A stretch of 62,899 bases of DNA, the filler included, from Ionaspis alba (Eukaryota), in NCBI GenBank assembly GCA_964255285.1. It is 3 parts of 3 records of this genome, joined end to end, with 100 filler letters (N's around TTAATTAATTAA, not from the genome) between each part and the next. Parts side by side here need not be neighbours in the genome. Positions count along the whole stretch, not along the records: positions 21,084 to 41,968 come from CAXUUL010000235.1; positions 42,069 to 62,899 come from CAXUUL010000236.1; 1 more part is not named here. One strand, 5' to 3'. How positions within the stretch are numbered: position 1 is the stretch's first letter; every line of letters starts with the position of its first letter. This document shows, piece by piece, positions 37,910 to 49,520 of the stretch. The notes under the pieces are model-generated. The model searched no databases. It saw only the letters and a list, made by a program, of their open reading frames with translations, and had not been told where the DNA came from. A program made the position numbers and the translations under genes.

Positions 37910-38799
37910 TCACTTCTCCTGCCCTGAATGAGCCTTAGCCATAGCTTCTGCACTCTGCCCCATAATCTTCTTGACCGATTCCATACTGGTCATCTTCTCC
38001 TGCCACTTCAAGTAATGCGTATAACCCTTTGCCCCATCAGGCTCGCCCGCTTTGCCCATAATCGCATCCACAGTAGCATTCCACATAGTGAAGGAGAGGT
38101 CGGCATAAGTGCACTTGTCACCGACCAACCAGCCGCTAGGAGATTTAGCAAGGTGGCCGTCTAGAACGCCGAGGACGCGTTTGATTTCGTCGACGTAGCG
38201 TTTTTGGGCAGAGGGGAGCTGTTCGTGGTGGAACATGAGAAACCTGTAAGGGGAGGGGTGGGCTAGTTAGCTGTGCATATCAAGTAGCTCCTGTCACAGA
38301 GGGAGAGCGCTTACCATGCTGCTTGGCCAAAGTAAGGACCTTGGCCGGAGACTTGAAAGAAGAGCCATGACTTAAGCTGGTACTTCTCGGGCGAGGTAGT
38401 GTAGTTGAGCTTGGCTTCCTTGTCGTAAGTCTCCTCGATGTATTCAATGCACGATCCAGTTTCCCAGGTGGTGACACCAGTGTTGGGATCCTCAAGAGCT
38501 GTAGCTCAACAAGATCAGCTAATTGCCCCAGACACAATCGTACTATCTAGGGTTTCTGTATGGCTCGATAATATTCACTGACCTGGAACACGGCCGTTGG
38601 GGTTGAGGTCAGTGAAAAGAGTCTCCTTAATCTCCTTCATGCTATGAAAGGTGATCTTGTAGGGAACGGCGAGTTCCTCAAGAATTATGGCCACCTTCCA
38701 TGAGTTGGGGCCGGTGACTATCGAAGTAAGCTTGGAGATCCGGAGGCCTTGTGAAGGTGACTTGGACTCACGGACTGCATGGAGAATGAGTGGTTGCAT
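37910..38799 (-). CDS. Glutathione S-transferase (Ure2-like class)
   Basis: Four exons. Motifs GPNSWKVAIILEEL, NPNGRVP, WETGSCIEY, FQVSGQGPYFGQAAW and WLVGDKCTYADL. Confidence 0.92.
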
Positions 38800-39826
38800 G
38801 ACGGGCTTGGATTAGAAGATGATATGGTTTTAAAGAAAACAGAGACTTGATTTCTCGATTGAGGACTAAGAAGAGGTTGGAGCAAGAGGCAGAGAGGCAA
38901 TTGAATGAGAGGGAAAGTGAAGATCGAACTGTGAGAGCCTTTAACAAACGCGCGATAGGTCAATTCAACAAAGTAAGAATTCACAACCGGAGGCTTTTCC
39001 GCCTGTGCAAGCTCCTGCACAGGCTCCCATTCCCTTGCTTGGGCCCTAAGCGCTGGCCAGGTTGAACCGAGGACGATTAATAATTATCAATCAGCCATGT
39101 ATCCGTTCATGCAAGCCTCATTGCCCAAGTGCTACACTCCGCGAGGCACGAGAGCCTAAAAGAGCTGCTTCGGACAGCGATAGAGCCGGTAAGCCACCGG
39201 CAAATCATGGTTGGTGCAAAGTCCCCGTGGGGTTACACAGTACCAGATACTGCTGTATTTTATAGGGATCCAATCAGTAATCAAGTCATGGGCGTGCACT
39301 CTCTCAATTCAGGATTCTCATGCTTGTGCTTGCGGCACACCACTACGCTGTTCATACACCATAAGCACCCACTACTGCTTACTCTTAGTACGCAGGGAAG
39401 TGACGCAAATGTTTTGCCTTGTTCTGTTTACAATGTTTCAAAACATATCACATGGCAACAAATGTACGAAGCTATGCCCTGTAAATCGCCCGGCTCGGGC
39501 CGGAGTAGTTTCTCAGCCAAAAACGCCATTCCCGTTGATTGCGCCATATCAACATGACGAACATATCAGACCAATAGCGTGCCAATTTCAAGATCACGAC
39601 TTCATTGAGCGCTTAGGTCAACAACTGGCTTCTAAAGCTTCCTTGTCGGAGGGCTGTACTCTCGACGTTCCCCAAACGTGGAGTCCGGGAGTACCCAAGC
39701 CAGATACCATCAACGATCTGGTTAGTGGCACGCCGTGGCTCTTGAATTGCGGAAAGCTGACCACATATCTTACCTAGTTTCGAGCTCGTGCGAGTGGTAG
39801 AGTGTTGCTCTGGCTTCCTATAGGCC

Positions 39827-41617
39827 ATGCTTGCTAGCCACAAGTGGCAGCAAGTGCTTGCGGGTGTGGAAGGCGTCGGAATAGCCTCTAGGGCTGCATG
39901 CTGTATCGGCATCGTCCTCTTATGCATGAGGGTTTGGAAGTCAAGGCGACAGCAGAGATACACCGAGGCTCCGATTGTAGGTCTAGCTCGACAGAGCAAC
40001 ATCTCTGTGGTGAGACGGGACTTTGTGAACAATGCAAGACAGATACTCCAAGATGGATATAGCACGGTAAGTCTCAGTCTCCAAATTCTGACAAAAATCA
40101 AGAATCTCATATTTCAAAGTACAAGGGCAAGCCGTTTTATGTCGCGACTCCTCAAGGGGAAAAATTGATGATTCCACCCGCGTACGTTGAAGAATTGAAA
40201 AATGAACCAGAGACGAGCATGGATTCTGCGGCTCCTTTTTTTGAGGCAAGTCAGAATCCGTCAACACAGCATCAAAAGCCTTGCTGATTAGTTGTAAGAT
40301 GTTTGGGAATAAATACACATCCTTGGGGACAAGAGAAACATTGCACCCCAGAGTAACAAGGTTCCATCTCAACCATCATCTTGGTAAAGGAGATATTCTC
40401 AGAGACACAAGACGCGATCTGACACAACGTAGATGAATTGATTGAGCCGTTGTACGATGAGGTTCGCTCCGCAATCGACGAGATCATTGGACCTTGTCAA
40501 GGTAGACCTTCACTCTCCCAACACAAGATTCATTGAACCAGCGATCATAGACTGGACTGCTATCCCGTTTGCTCACCGCGCAGTCGAGATCGTCGCCCGC
40601 GCAGCTAGTCGCATGATGGGCGGTACCGAACTAAGTCGCAACAAACTCTGGCTTCACACAATGGCAGCATCAGCGATGGATGGCACGATAGGAGCACAGA
40701 AAATCAAGCAATTTCCACGCGTACTGCGACCACTGGTCGCTCGATTTATCCCAGAATTGAGGAGGATACCTCAGTACTTCAGAAACACGCAGCAAATCAT
40801 CGTGCCAATTCTGGAAGAGCGAGAAAAGCAGGAAAAGTTGAGGAGCGACTTTCTTCAATGGATGAGTGATGAAGCACAAGGAAAAGAAAAGGAGAAGACC
40901 TTCATGGCTACAATCCTTCTCAAGCTCTCTTTCGTTGCGTTGTTCACAACAGCTACCGCGATCATACAGGCATTGTATGATCTCTGTGCCAGGCCCGAGT
41001 ACATGGGGCCACTTCGCGACGAATGTGAGGCTGTTTTGAAAACGACTTCAATTCCAAACAGAGCAATGCTTGCCAAAATGCAGAAATTGGATTCATTCAT
41101 GAAGGAAAGCCAAAGATTCAATCCGATCGTACTCAGTAAGTACTCTCCCATCCAAGCATTCCCATTGAAGGATAGCACTGAGCATAAAACAGTCACCTTC
41201 GCCCGTCTCGTCGTACACGACTACCATCTATCCGACGGCTTCGTAATCCCCGCAGGCACAAACATCGGCGTTCCAGCACAAGCCATAACCATGGATCCTG
41301 ACATATACGCAGACCCGACCCGTTTCGACGGCATGCGTTTCCACAAAATGCGTCAAGACCAAGCACTGAACGGAGACGCCGGAGGACGGCTGCAATGGGC
41401 GGCTTCGAATCTCGAAAACATGGCCTTTGGATATGGACGATGTGCATGTCCCGGAAGGCATTTTGCAAGCTATGTCATCAAGTTGGTGATGGTTGATCTG
41501 CTGATGAGATATGACATGCGATTCCCCCCTGGAGTGGGAAGACCCGCCAATGTGGAAAGAGAGGCGAACGTGATGCCTGATGCTGAGGCGAGAATACTCA
41601 TGCGAAAAAGAACTTAA
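39827..41617 (+). CDS. Cytochrome P450 no. 5 (ent-kaurene oxidase/CYP68-like type)
   Basis: Six exons including a GC-AG intron 40246-40298. Motifs VARAASRMMGG, DFLQWM, LDSFMKESQRFNP, FDGMR and heme motif FGYGRCACPG. Confidence 0.9.
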
Positions 41618-41968
41618 TATCCCTGAAATATCCTTTGTGGCTAGGCACGCTCGTGTCCAAATCTGGTGGACGACGAAGAAGGGTTTGTCTGACGTAAAGG
41701 GGAAGACTTTGCCTTGAATGCTGGTGTAAGAAGATTAGCTTGATGAAGACAGAAGACCTGGCTCCGGTAACAGTGGCTATTGAAGAGATTTCTCACAAGT
41801 AAACCCACAATCTACCATACCACGGACACTAACCCACGAATTGAGAAGTCGTGCTCCTGTAATATAACGGAAACATATGCCCGAACAAATCAGGAAACAA
41901 CTCTAAAAATTGTGGTATCCCGAGCAGCAACGGTATACCCGGTCGTATTCGCAAAAAACCTTCTCACC

Positions 41969-42068
41969 NNNNNNNNNNNNNNNNNNNNNNNNNNNNNNNN
42001 NNNNNNNNNNNNTTAATTAATTAANNNNNNNNNNNNNNNNNNNNNNNNNNNNNNNNNNNNNNNNNNNN
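41969..42068. other. Artificial contig-concatenation linker
   Basis: 44 N + TTAATTAATTAA + 44 N, identical to the linker at 20984. Confidence 0.97.
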
Positions 42069-45000
42069 ACCTTCTAATTGTCGTCTCCTTGTTTGATAAA
42101 ATTTCTCCAGGCAATTCCTTCGTTGCTCCTGCGTCCACCCTTCAACCACAAGCGCAAAAGTTGTCGCATCCTCATACCCAAATGTCTTCGCCATGGTGCA
42201 GAACTGGCGTTTCATGACTTCAGCAGGCGGATGATACTGCCATACCAGCTTATCACCAATCTCAAAACCGTCTTCTGCATTTTCGTCCCCCTCCACTGCC
42301 CTCGGCCTCTCGCGATCCCGCCGTTCCTGCGTATCGGCAAAGACATGCTGCTCACCTTTATCGACATCATCGCCGGCCTCCCCAGCCTGCCGACTGAGAT
42401 GAGCTTCAACGCGCGAGGAACCAATGACCTCGCTGTTCTCATGCATATACTCCACGCCAGCGCCAGCAAGAATGGCTTGGACAGGATCTGATGATTTCGC
42501 GGCTGTGGCAGGTTTACGACGAGAAGTCTTGCCAGCGGCCTCTTCAGCTTCGCCAACCACCAAAGCCGCTAGCTGGCTCATAGCGCTGTCTTCCTCATCA
42601 TCACCTGCTGCGAGAGGATCGCTGTCGTCGAGCTCGAAACTGGTCACGGCAACCCCGGCCTTGGATTCAGCGACGTTGGTTTTGTTGACGATGTCTCGGA
42701 GGACAATATTATCGCCTTGATAGGCGAAAAGGTTTGCAAGACCGAAGATCTCGCCCTTCTGATCTTTGTTCTGAGCCACACCGCGGAAGTAGCGGCGCTC
42801 GGTGCTGGCGGTGTAGCCGATATTTGCTTGTTGTTGCTTATAGATTTGGCGAGCATAGACGATTTCCTCGATGGTGCCTGCAGAGACAAGACGGAAGACT
42901 TCGACATCACGGACTTGACCGATCCGGTAGGCCCGGTCTTGGGCTTGGAGGTCGTAGGATGGGTTCCAATTAGGATCGACGATGACGACCTTGTTGGCAG
43001 ATGTGATGTTGAGCCCCACGCCTCCTGCCTTGGTCGAGATGAGGAAGATAAACTGTGCCGGATCAGTATTGAAGTCGTCGACGGTCTTTTGACGATCTTC
43101 GTAGGACATGGCGCCGTCGAGATAAGAAACATTGTAGGAGGTGTTATTGAAAAGCATCTGCAACATCTTGAGCAGTCTCACGGAGTGTGAGAAGACAAGG
43201 ACCTTATCCCCGTTGTTGTGCCAGAATTTCATTAATTTCTTCAAAATCTTCCATTTTCCACAAAACTCGGGATTAGAGTAATTCAGGATAGAGTCACGGT
43301 TTTTATAGAGCTCCCGCCACTGATCCGGAATGGCAATCTGCAGCATGTCCAGGTCTTTCTCTTGCTTCTCCTTGGGATCAGTGCTTTGTGGTATGAGAAT
43401 TGCAAGATGATTGGAGAGCTTTTGAAGATAGGAAATGGCTGGGAAAACATGGGATTGCCATTTACTACCATTTGGTAGAAACATTCGACAGCACCAGCCA
43501 GCCTTCTTAGCAGACCCACAATCGCAAGTCTCAGAAGATGTCTTGATGTATTCCAGAACATCACTGTCAAGGCATCGCTCATAGGCATCAGCCTGTGTTT
43601 CTGTAAGCGGGCAAAAGACCACTCGGTCACTCTTCTTCGGGAGCTGATGTGCGATCAAGGTCTTCATTCGACGCAAGAAGAACTCGGGAAGTAGATTCTC
43701 GACAAGGGCTTTTGCAGTCTTTCGAGCTTTGCTCAGTTGATGTACAGTGGCGTCGTGTGACTGGCCAATCTTCAGTGGTTCACTGATGCTTGCTTTCCAG
43801 GTTGAGATGGGCCCGAATCTTCCAGGGTTGGTCCAGTTCAGTAAAGTCCATAGTTCATCATATGAGTTCTGGATTGCTGTACCAGTCAATCCGATTCTGC
43901 AAAGAGCGTTGATCTCGTTCATTGCTTGCGTTGTCTCGGAGTTTCTGCTCTTGAGTTGATGGCACTCGTCTGCCACCACGCAATCCCATTCTATGATATT
44001 AACAGCATCCTTGCTTAGCCTATAGGTTGTGTATGTGGTAATCATAATCTCCAATTGTCCAGCAGCTGCAGTTTGTATCGCTGCTTCTTTAGTGTTCCCA
44101 TGAAATACATCAACATGCCACCACCCCCATCGCTGGAACTCAGATTTCCAATTTTCTATGAGGGTTCCTGGACAAACCACAAGAACTCTCGGGTACCAAG
44201 GGCTGTTTGCTCTCTTCATCTTTCGCAAGCGCTTTCCATCTCGTTCATCGCCTGTCTTCCCAAACGCAGCCGTGAGGAAAGCAATTACCTGCACAGTCTT
44301 GCCCAAACCCATGTCGTCTCCAAGTATGCCTCCTGTTTGATATACGAAATGCTTGTGGAGGAATGAAGTACCCTGTATCTGATAGTCTCGGAGCCATTGA
44401 GCAATGGGCGCAGGTATCAAGCCGAGAGAGTATGGTAGTTGGATATCCTTGTATCTGCCAGATGGATTGGCTTTCGGGAAATCTGGTCTCTCTGCGAGAT
44501 CCTCTAGTCTCTCATCATCAGAAAAGTCTATATCATCGTAAGATGGAGGAAGCTTGAGCCCAGCCTGCTTCAAAGCCTCAGTGCGCTTATCAAACTGGGT
44601 CCGACGGTTTTGTAAGTAGTCTGGCAAAGTGAACTCCATCAGATTGTCATCGGAATCTCCGAAGTCCTTCGCCTGTTTAGATTGGGTTTTGATGGCATCT
44701 TTATTTCCCTTCCTTGGTTTGGCCCCCCTGGCACCCTTCCCGATAGCTTTGGCATGTCGAGTACTTGCTGCAGCTCTCTTTCTCTTCAGCGATTTACGAT
44801 TTTTGAACTTCTCATACGCATCTGTCCCTTCGTCTTCAGACCAATCGACTTTCTCACCTTCTACATGCGTATCTCGTATTCGCCGGACATGTCCGTTCTC
44901 TTCCTCATCTTCAACGTCCTCAGAGCCAGTATGGAGTGAAGGAGTAGTCACCTCTAAGAGCAGAAGAGTTAGTGGTGTCGAAATAGTGACTGACAATACT

Positions 45001-45097
45001 TACTCTCGACATTTACCAACACTCCAAAGTCTTTTTTGACCACCTTGGTAATCTCCAGGTCGTCATCACCACTTGTGGTATCTAGCTCGCCGTCCAT
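42069..45097 (-). CDS. SNF2-family helicase, ERCC6L2/Rad26-like; 3' end truncated by the scaffold end
   Basis: ATG 45097 with one 5' intron (donor GTAAGT at 45003). Motifs GDDMGLGKT, DECH, TGTAIQN, STKAGGVGLN and QAQDRAYRIGQ, plus the C-terminal EVIGSS motif typical of ERCC6L2. The apparent stop is supplied by the linker. Confidence 0.92.
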
Positions 45098-45474
45098 TCC
45101 CAATCGCCACCATAGTCATTGATGGTGGGGCGATGGTGGGGCAATGGAGGGGCAAGTCGCGTCGACGCGAGGCTCCGCGTCCACTCTAGCGATGCTCAGT
45201 TAGTTCTTGGCGTATGCCTAACGTGGAAGACTCTAAAAACTTCTTGTTTCTTATCACCCTATTCTTGTTGTCGTTGTTGTCGTTGTCTGTTCCTCAACTC
45301 TTGCCTAATGTCCTGCTTTACAGTCTTCTTCTTACAGCGATTGCAAACATCATTGGAACATCTTAAGGATGGGTCAAGAAACATCTGTACTTCCACGAAC
45401 ATATCGACTAATCGTTTCTATTAATTCTGATTCTAGGGACTCCGTTCCGCGCCATACAGTCTACCTAACAATGC

Positions 45475-46253
45475 TCAGGTTTCAATCAAGAGTGCACTCG
45501 CAATGTCCGTCCCTACGGGGAATGTCAAACTATGCTTCAATGCCGCAAAATTCTTATAATGACACTGGTAATTGTCTAACGAAGAAGAAGCTTTGAAGAT
45601 AATCCAAGAAACGGCCACGCATCAACTTATAGAATTTTTGCCGTTGGAGTTCCACGAAACACAGGCGTTGACACATGCGTTGAGCGTGGGCTGAATAGAA
45701 TTGTTCATGTCATATCCACGCTGATCGTCAGGAAAGGGGTTCAGGTCGGTAGAGCAGATTTTAATAAATTTGCTGCTACCGGATGTATACGTCGTACCGT
45801 TCGTGAGATGGCAGCCTGCGGTGTCTAGATTCAAAGTAGGATTCGCAGACGTTATAGTGCTAGAAATAGTAGTCGATGGGGCAGACGACGAAGACGTGAC
45901 AGGCGAATCGCGATTAACAGGTAAGCATTTCTTCCATCACATACAACTTTCCAAAATGTCAGAGCTACCTCGATGACTTGCGGTTCTTGACGGCGAGCGA
46001 GCCTCCCACAGCCCCACGGATCGCAGCACCAGCAATCAGTAACCCAAAGGCCACAGTGAGAACGAGAGCTTTGACTGTGAAACCGCAGATTCTCCTGCCA
46101 GTTGGTTGCACAGGCTGTCCTTCAACCTTATCTTCCTCGGCTTTGCTGCGAATAGCCAGCATCAGCAAATGTAGAGGGATGGTCGTGATAAACCTCGAGT
46201 TCTGGCTGACTATACACTGCCTGTAAGCCCCTAGTCGATAGTCGCTGGGCCAT
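45475..46253 (-). pseudogene. Pseudogene of a single-TM protein with a Ser/Thr stalk and a Cys-rich (apple/PAN-like) ectodomain
   Basis: ATG 46253; frameshift before KAEEDK; RRICG-TM-GAVGG segment; intron donor present but no AG acceptor. In-frame TGA at 45624-45622 inside ...CVNACVSWN...IS*CVAVSW...CHYK...SALLIET*. Confidence 0.65.
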
Positions 46254-46818
46254 ATTCGCGAATTCGAAATTCAATCTGTGCGGACAGAGGAATAGAGGGG
46301 TTGTGGAGCGCCATATAAGGGCAAGTAAAAAGGCACATAGAGTTGATCTGAGGAATCCTACTCAGCCCGAAGGCTTATGTAGGATCTGTCTCCTACGATA
46401 CAGAGCCTTGTCTATTATTGCGCCAACTATATCCAGAGAGGGCGAAACCGCTAGTAGGGATATCCTCCGGCCTACTGCAAATTGTCGAAAACAGCGTATT
46501 TGGTTAGAGTATGAATCGGCCCTTGCTCGCGCTGTTCAGTTTGCTCTAGATATCCTACTACAGTCAGAGGGTATGTCTGGTAGTGAAAAGGTGTATTTTG
46601 CCGTATTGAATCACACGATCAGTAGGTTATGATCTCCTCACAAACCAAATGCCTTAAGCCAGGACCACACGGTGATTGAACGCTAAGCCTTATGTCGAAC
46701 TGCCGCTTGTGAACTTCAACCAACTTTGAGCAATTAGAGATCCAAGAAGCTAGAAGACCCTTTCCAGGTCCAGACCTTGCTGCTATACTACCTACCTCAT
46801 AATGAACGATACTTGAAA

Positions 46819-48986
46819 ATGGCAAGCATCGACGAACTCTTCAAGGTATATATCACCTTTCGAAAAGCAGAGAATCTTTCCTAACTTCGTACAGAAGCCC
46901 TCCATCCCAAGCCAGAAACGCAAATTGGAAACTACGAGAGACCCAAGTATAGCTACTAGCTCGGGGCCTTCTCACAAGCTAATCGCTCTTAGACGAGATC
47001 TATAAGTCTATTAGAACAAACGGGCAAGCAGGCATAAGGGCTAATGGCTCCGCTACTGTCGAAGATGAGTCCGAGGAGGATGACGGTGTCGCTGGGCCCG
47101 AGATGCCACCAGAGATGGAAGAAGAAGAGGCGGACGATCAAGAGGGTCGATTCTTCGGAGGAGGCATCAATCGCGATACTGCCGAAGTTCTAAGCTTCAT
47201 TGACGGAAGAGATCAAGAAGGGACAACCGTACGTCGTGCATGACTGTGCAGGGTCTGGGGGAGATTATTGCTAATAGATGATTCCAGAGAGCTGAAAATA
47301 TGGACTCGGCATGGGTTCGGAGGCTCGCCTTGAATTTTGAGAAGAAAATCTCGAAGAATGCGGAGTTGAGAGCCAAGTTTGAGGACAATCCACAAAAGTA
47401 CGCACAGGAGGTCTATTGAACAGAGTGGGTCCGTTCTGATTCGGCGATTAGATTTATGGGCTCAGAGGCAGATCTAGATGCGGAAATCAAGGCCCTCTCT
47501 ATTCTTTCGGAGCACTCGGAGCTATATGAGGAGTTTGCAAGCCTAGGCTGCGTCGCCTCTCTCGTCTCATTGCTTTCACACGAGAACACCGACATCGCTA
47601 TTGATGCTATTGAGATCATCAGTGAACTCACGGATGAAGATGTGGAAGCGAAAGAAGCACAGTGGGACGCTCTGGTCAACGCGATGGTATAGATGACGGC
47701 AACCACCATCGAAAGAGCATCGTGCTGATTAATCTAGCTCGATGCTGACCTACTTGACCTCCTCTATCAGAACTTATCTCGATTCGACGAGAACATAGAG
47801 TCGGACAGGAACGGGGTCTATCACGTACTAGGTTAGTACTATACTGCTCTCCACACCGAGATATAAGATCTCGGCTAAAAACAGTCAGGTGTTCTGGAGA
47901 GTCTTTCCTCAAGACCATCAATAGCCGAGCAAATAGGAAAGAAGTCTCCAACGATCCCCTGGCTCATCTCTCGAGCTCAGAAGAAGGAATCTGTCGTGAG
48001 CCAAAACAAGCAATACTCCGCAGAAGTCCTTGCAATCCTATTTCAAACAACGGCAGACAACACGAAACGCTTCATAGAACTGGACGGCATTGATGGGTTT
48101 TTGCAATTGCTCAGTACCTACAGAAAGCGGGATCCTGCAAAGGACACTGAGGAGGAAGAATTCGTGGAAAATGTCTTTGATTGCGTGACTTGTGCCGTGG
48201 ATGACGTCGAGGGGAAGGAGAAGTTCTTGGAAGCCGAGGGCGTGGAGCTATGCCTGATCATGCTGAAAGAGGGGAAGATGAGTCGGCCAAGGGCTTTACG
48301 ACTTCTTGATCATGCACTTGGCGGTCCTGAGGGAGCGGCGTGCTGTGAAAGGCTTGTTGAAGCTGCAGGTTTGAAAGTGGTATTCACGATGTACATGAAG
48401 AAGGCAAGACGAACGACAAGCAACACTGTGATGAGAAGCTGATCTTATCCAGAACGACGGTCAAACTACAGAGCACCTTCTCGGGATCCTCGCCTCCACG
48501 CTTCGCTCGTTACCCGGGGATTCCGCTCCAAGGATTCGATTGCTTGGAAAATTTGTTGAGAAAGACTACGAGAAGATCGAGAGATTGATCCAGCTACGGC
48601 GGGAATATGCTTCGAAGCTGTCGATAGTTGATGCAGAGATCGAAGCCCAGAGAACAAGGTTACCAGCTGGAGATCAAGAAGACATGTCGGACGAATGGCT
48701 GTCCAGGCGGCTAGACGCCGGACTGTTCACACTCCAGGTGAGTCCCTTGTCTATGTCGGAGCGGACATGAGCTAATTCTTGTTAGACGGTGGATGTAATT
48801 CTCGCCTGGCTAGTCGCCGAGGATGATGGGGCCAAGGCCAAGATAAGGAGGTTGATGGCTGATCGGGATGAGACACTTGGCTTTATCAAGAGTACGCTGC
48901 AACAGCAACTAGATGGCATGAATGCGGGCGGAGTGCCGGACGGCTCCATGAAGGACATATTGAATACTTTAATTCAATTCTTGTAA
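46819..48986 (+). CDS. Beta-catenin-like protein 1 (CTNNBL1 homologue, Prp19-complex spliceosomal factor)
   Basis: MASIDELFK start. Motifs EGRFFGGG, FMGSEADLD, HENTDIAI, NKQYSAEVLAIL, EGVELC, KFVEKDYEK and RRLDAGLFTLQ. Multiple introns, one GC-AG (48404-48452). Confidence 0.93.
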
Positions 48987-49109
48987 TTCTATAAGGTGGC
49001 CAGAGACTTCGAATATGTCGGAGACCTCCCATGATTAACACGTACCCCTTGTCTAACGCCTATCCATTTACATGCCAGTCGTGCGAGCCATATACCGTCC
49101 ATAATACCA

Positions 49110-49520
49110 GGAAGGAGGCTTCTGGGATGGGAGTCTGAAGGCCGGGAGGAGAGTGTCGAGGCATCATCTTTCGCTACATATGGCATCTGCCAGGTATATG
49201 CTGGTCGCAATATCGAGAGGGAAGCCGCCAGACTTTAAATTTTGTAACGCGGGAGGCCTCCGGGATAGGAGTCGGAAGGCGAAGAGGGGAATGTCAAGCC
49301 ATCACATTTTACTGCATATGACGGAATATGCTGTTGGACATATCAACCCGGAAGCCGCCAAGATATGGATTCTATGACGCAGGAGGCCGCCGCATCAAAG
49401 TTTCCGTGATTGACATATCAAGGTATATGCATTTAACGATATCGAAAGGGAAGCCGTCAAGATATATGTTCTATGACATGGAAGGCTGCCGCATCATAGT
49501 ATCTGCCATTGTATATGCCA
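49110..49520. repeat. Degenerate tandem repeat, 3-4 units of about 99-138 bp
   Basis: GGAAGCCG(C/T)C at 49220, 49350 and 49449. GGA(A)GGC at 49114, 49252, 49382 and 49480. Shared ATATGC and ATATC blocks. Confidence 0.7.

Noticed and set aside
21758..41617. Cluster as an epipolythiodiketopiperazine (gliotoxin-type) or dikaritin RiPP cluster
   Set aside because: No NRPS or GliI/J/K/T-like genes, no DUF3328 protein and no repeated precursor peptide on this scaffold. The P450 types point elsewhere.
45622..45624. Programmed readthrough or A-to-I editing of the premature TGA
   Set aside because: The context is not UGA-CUA, and the gene has other independent lesions.
49110..49520. CRISPR-like array
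   Set aside because: Eukaryotic context, units diverged along their whole length, irregular period and no cas genes.
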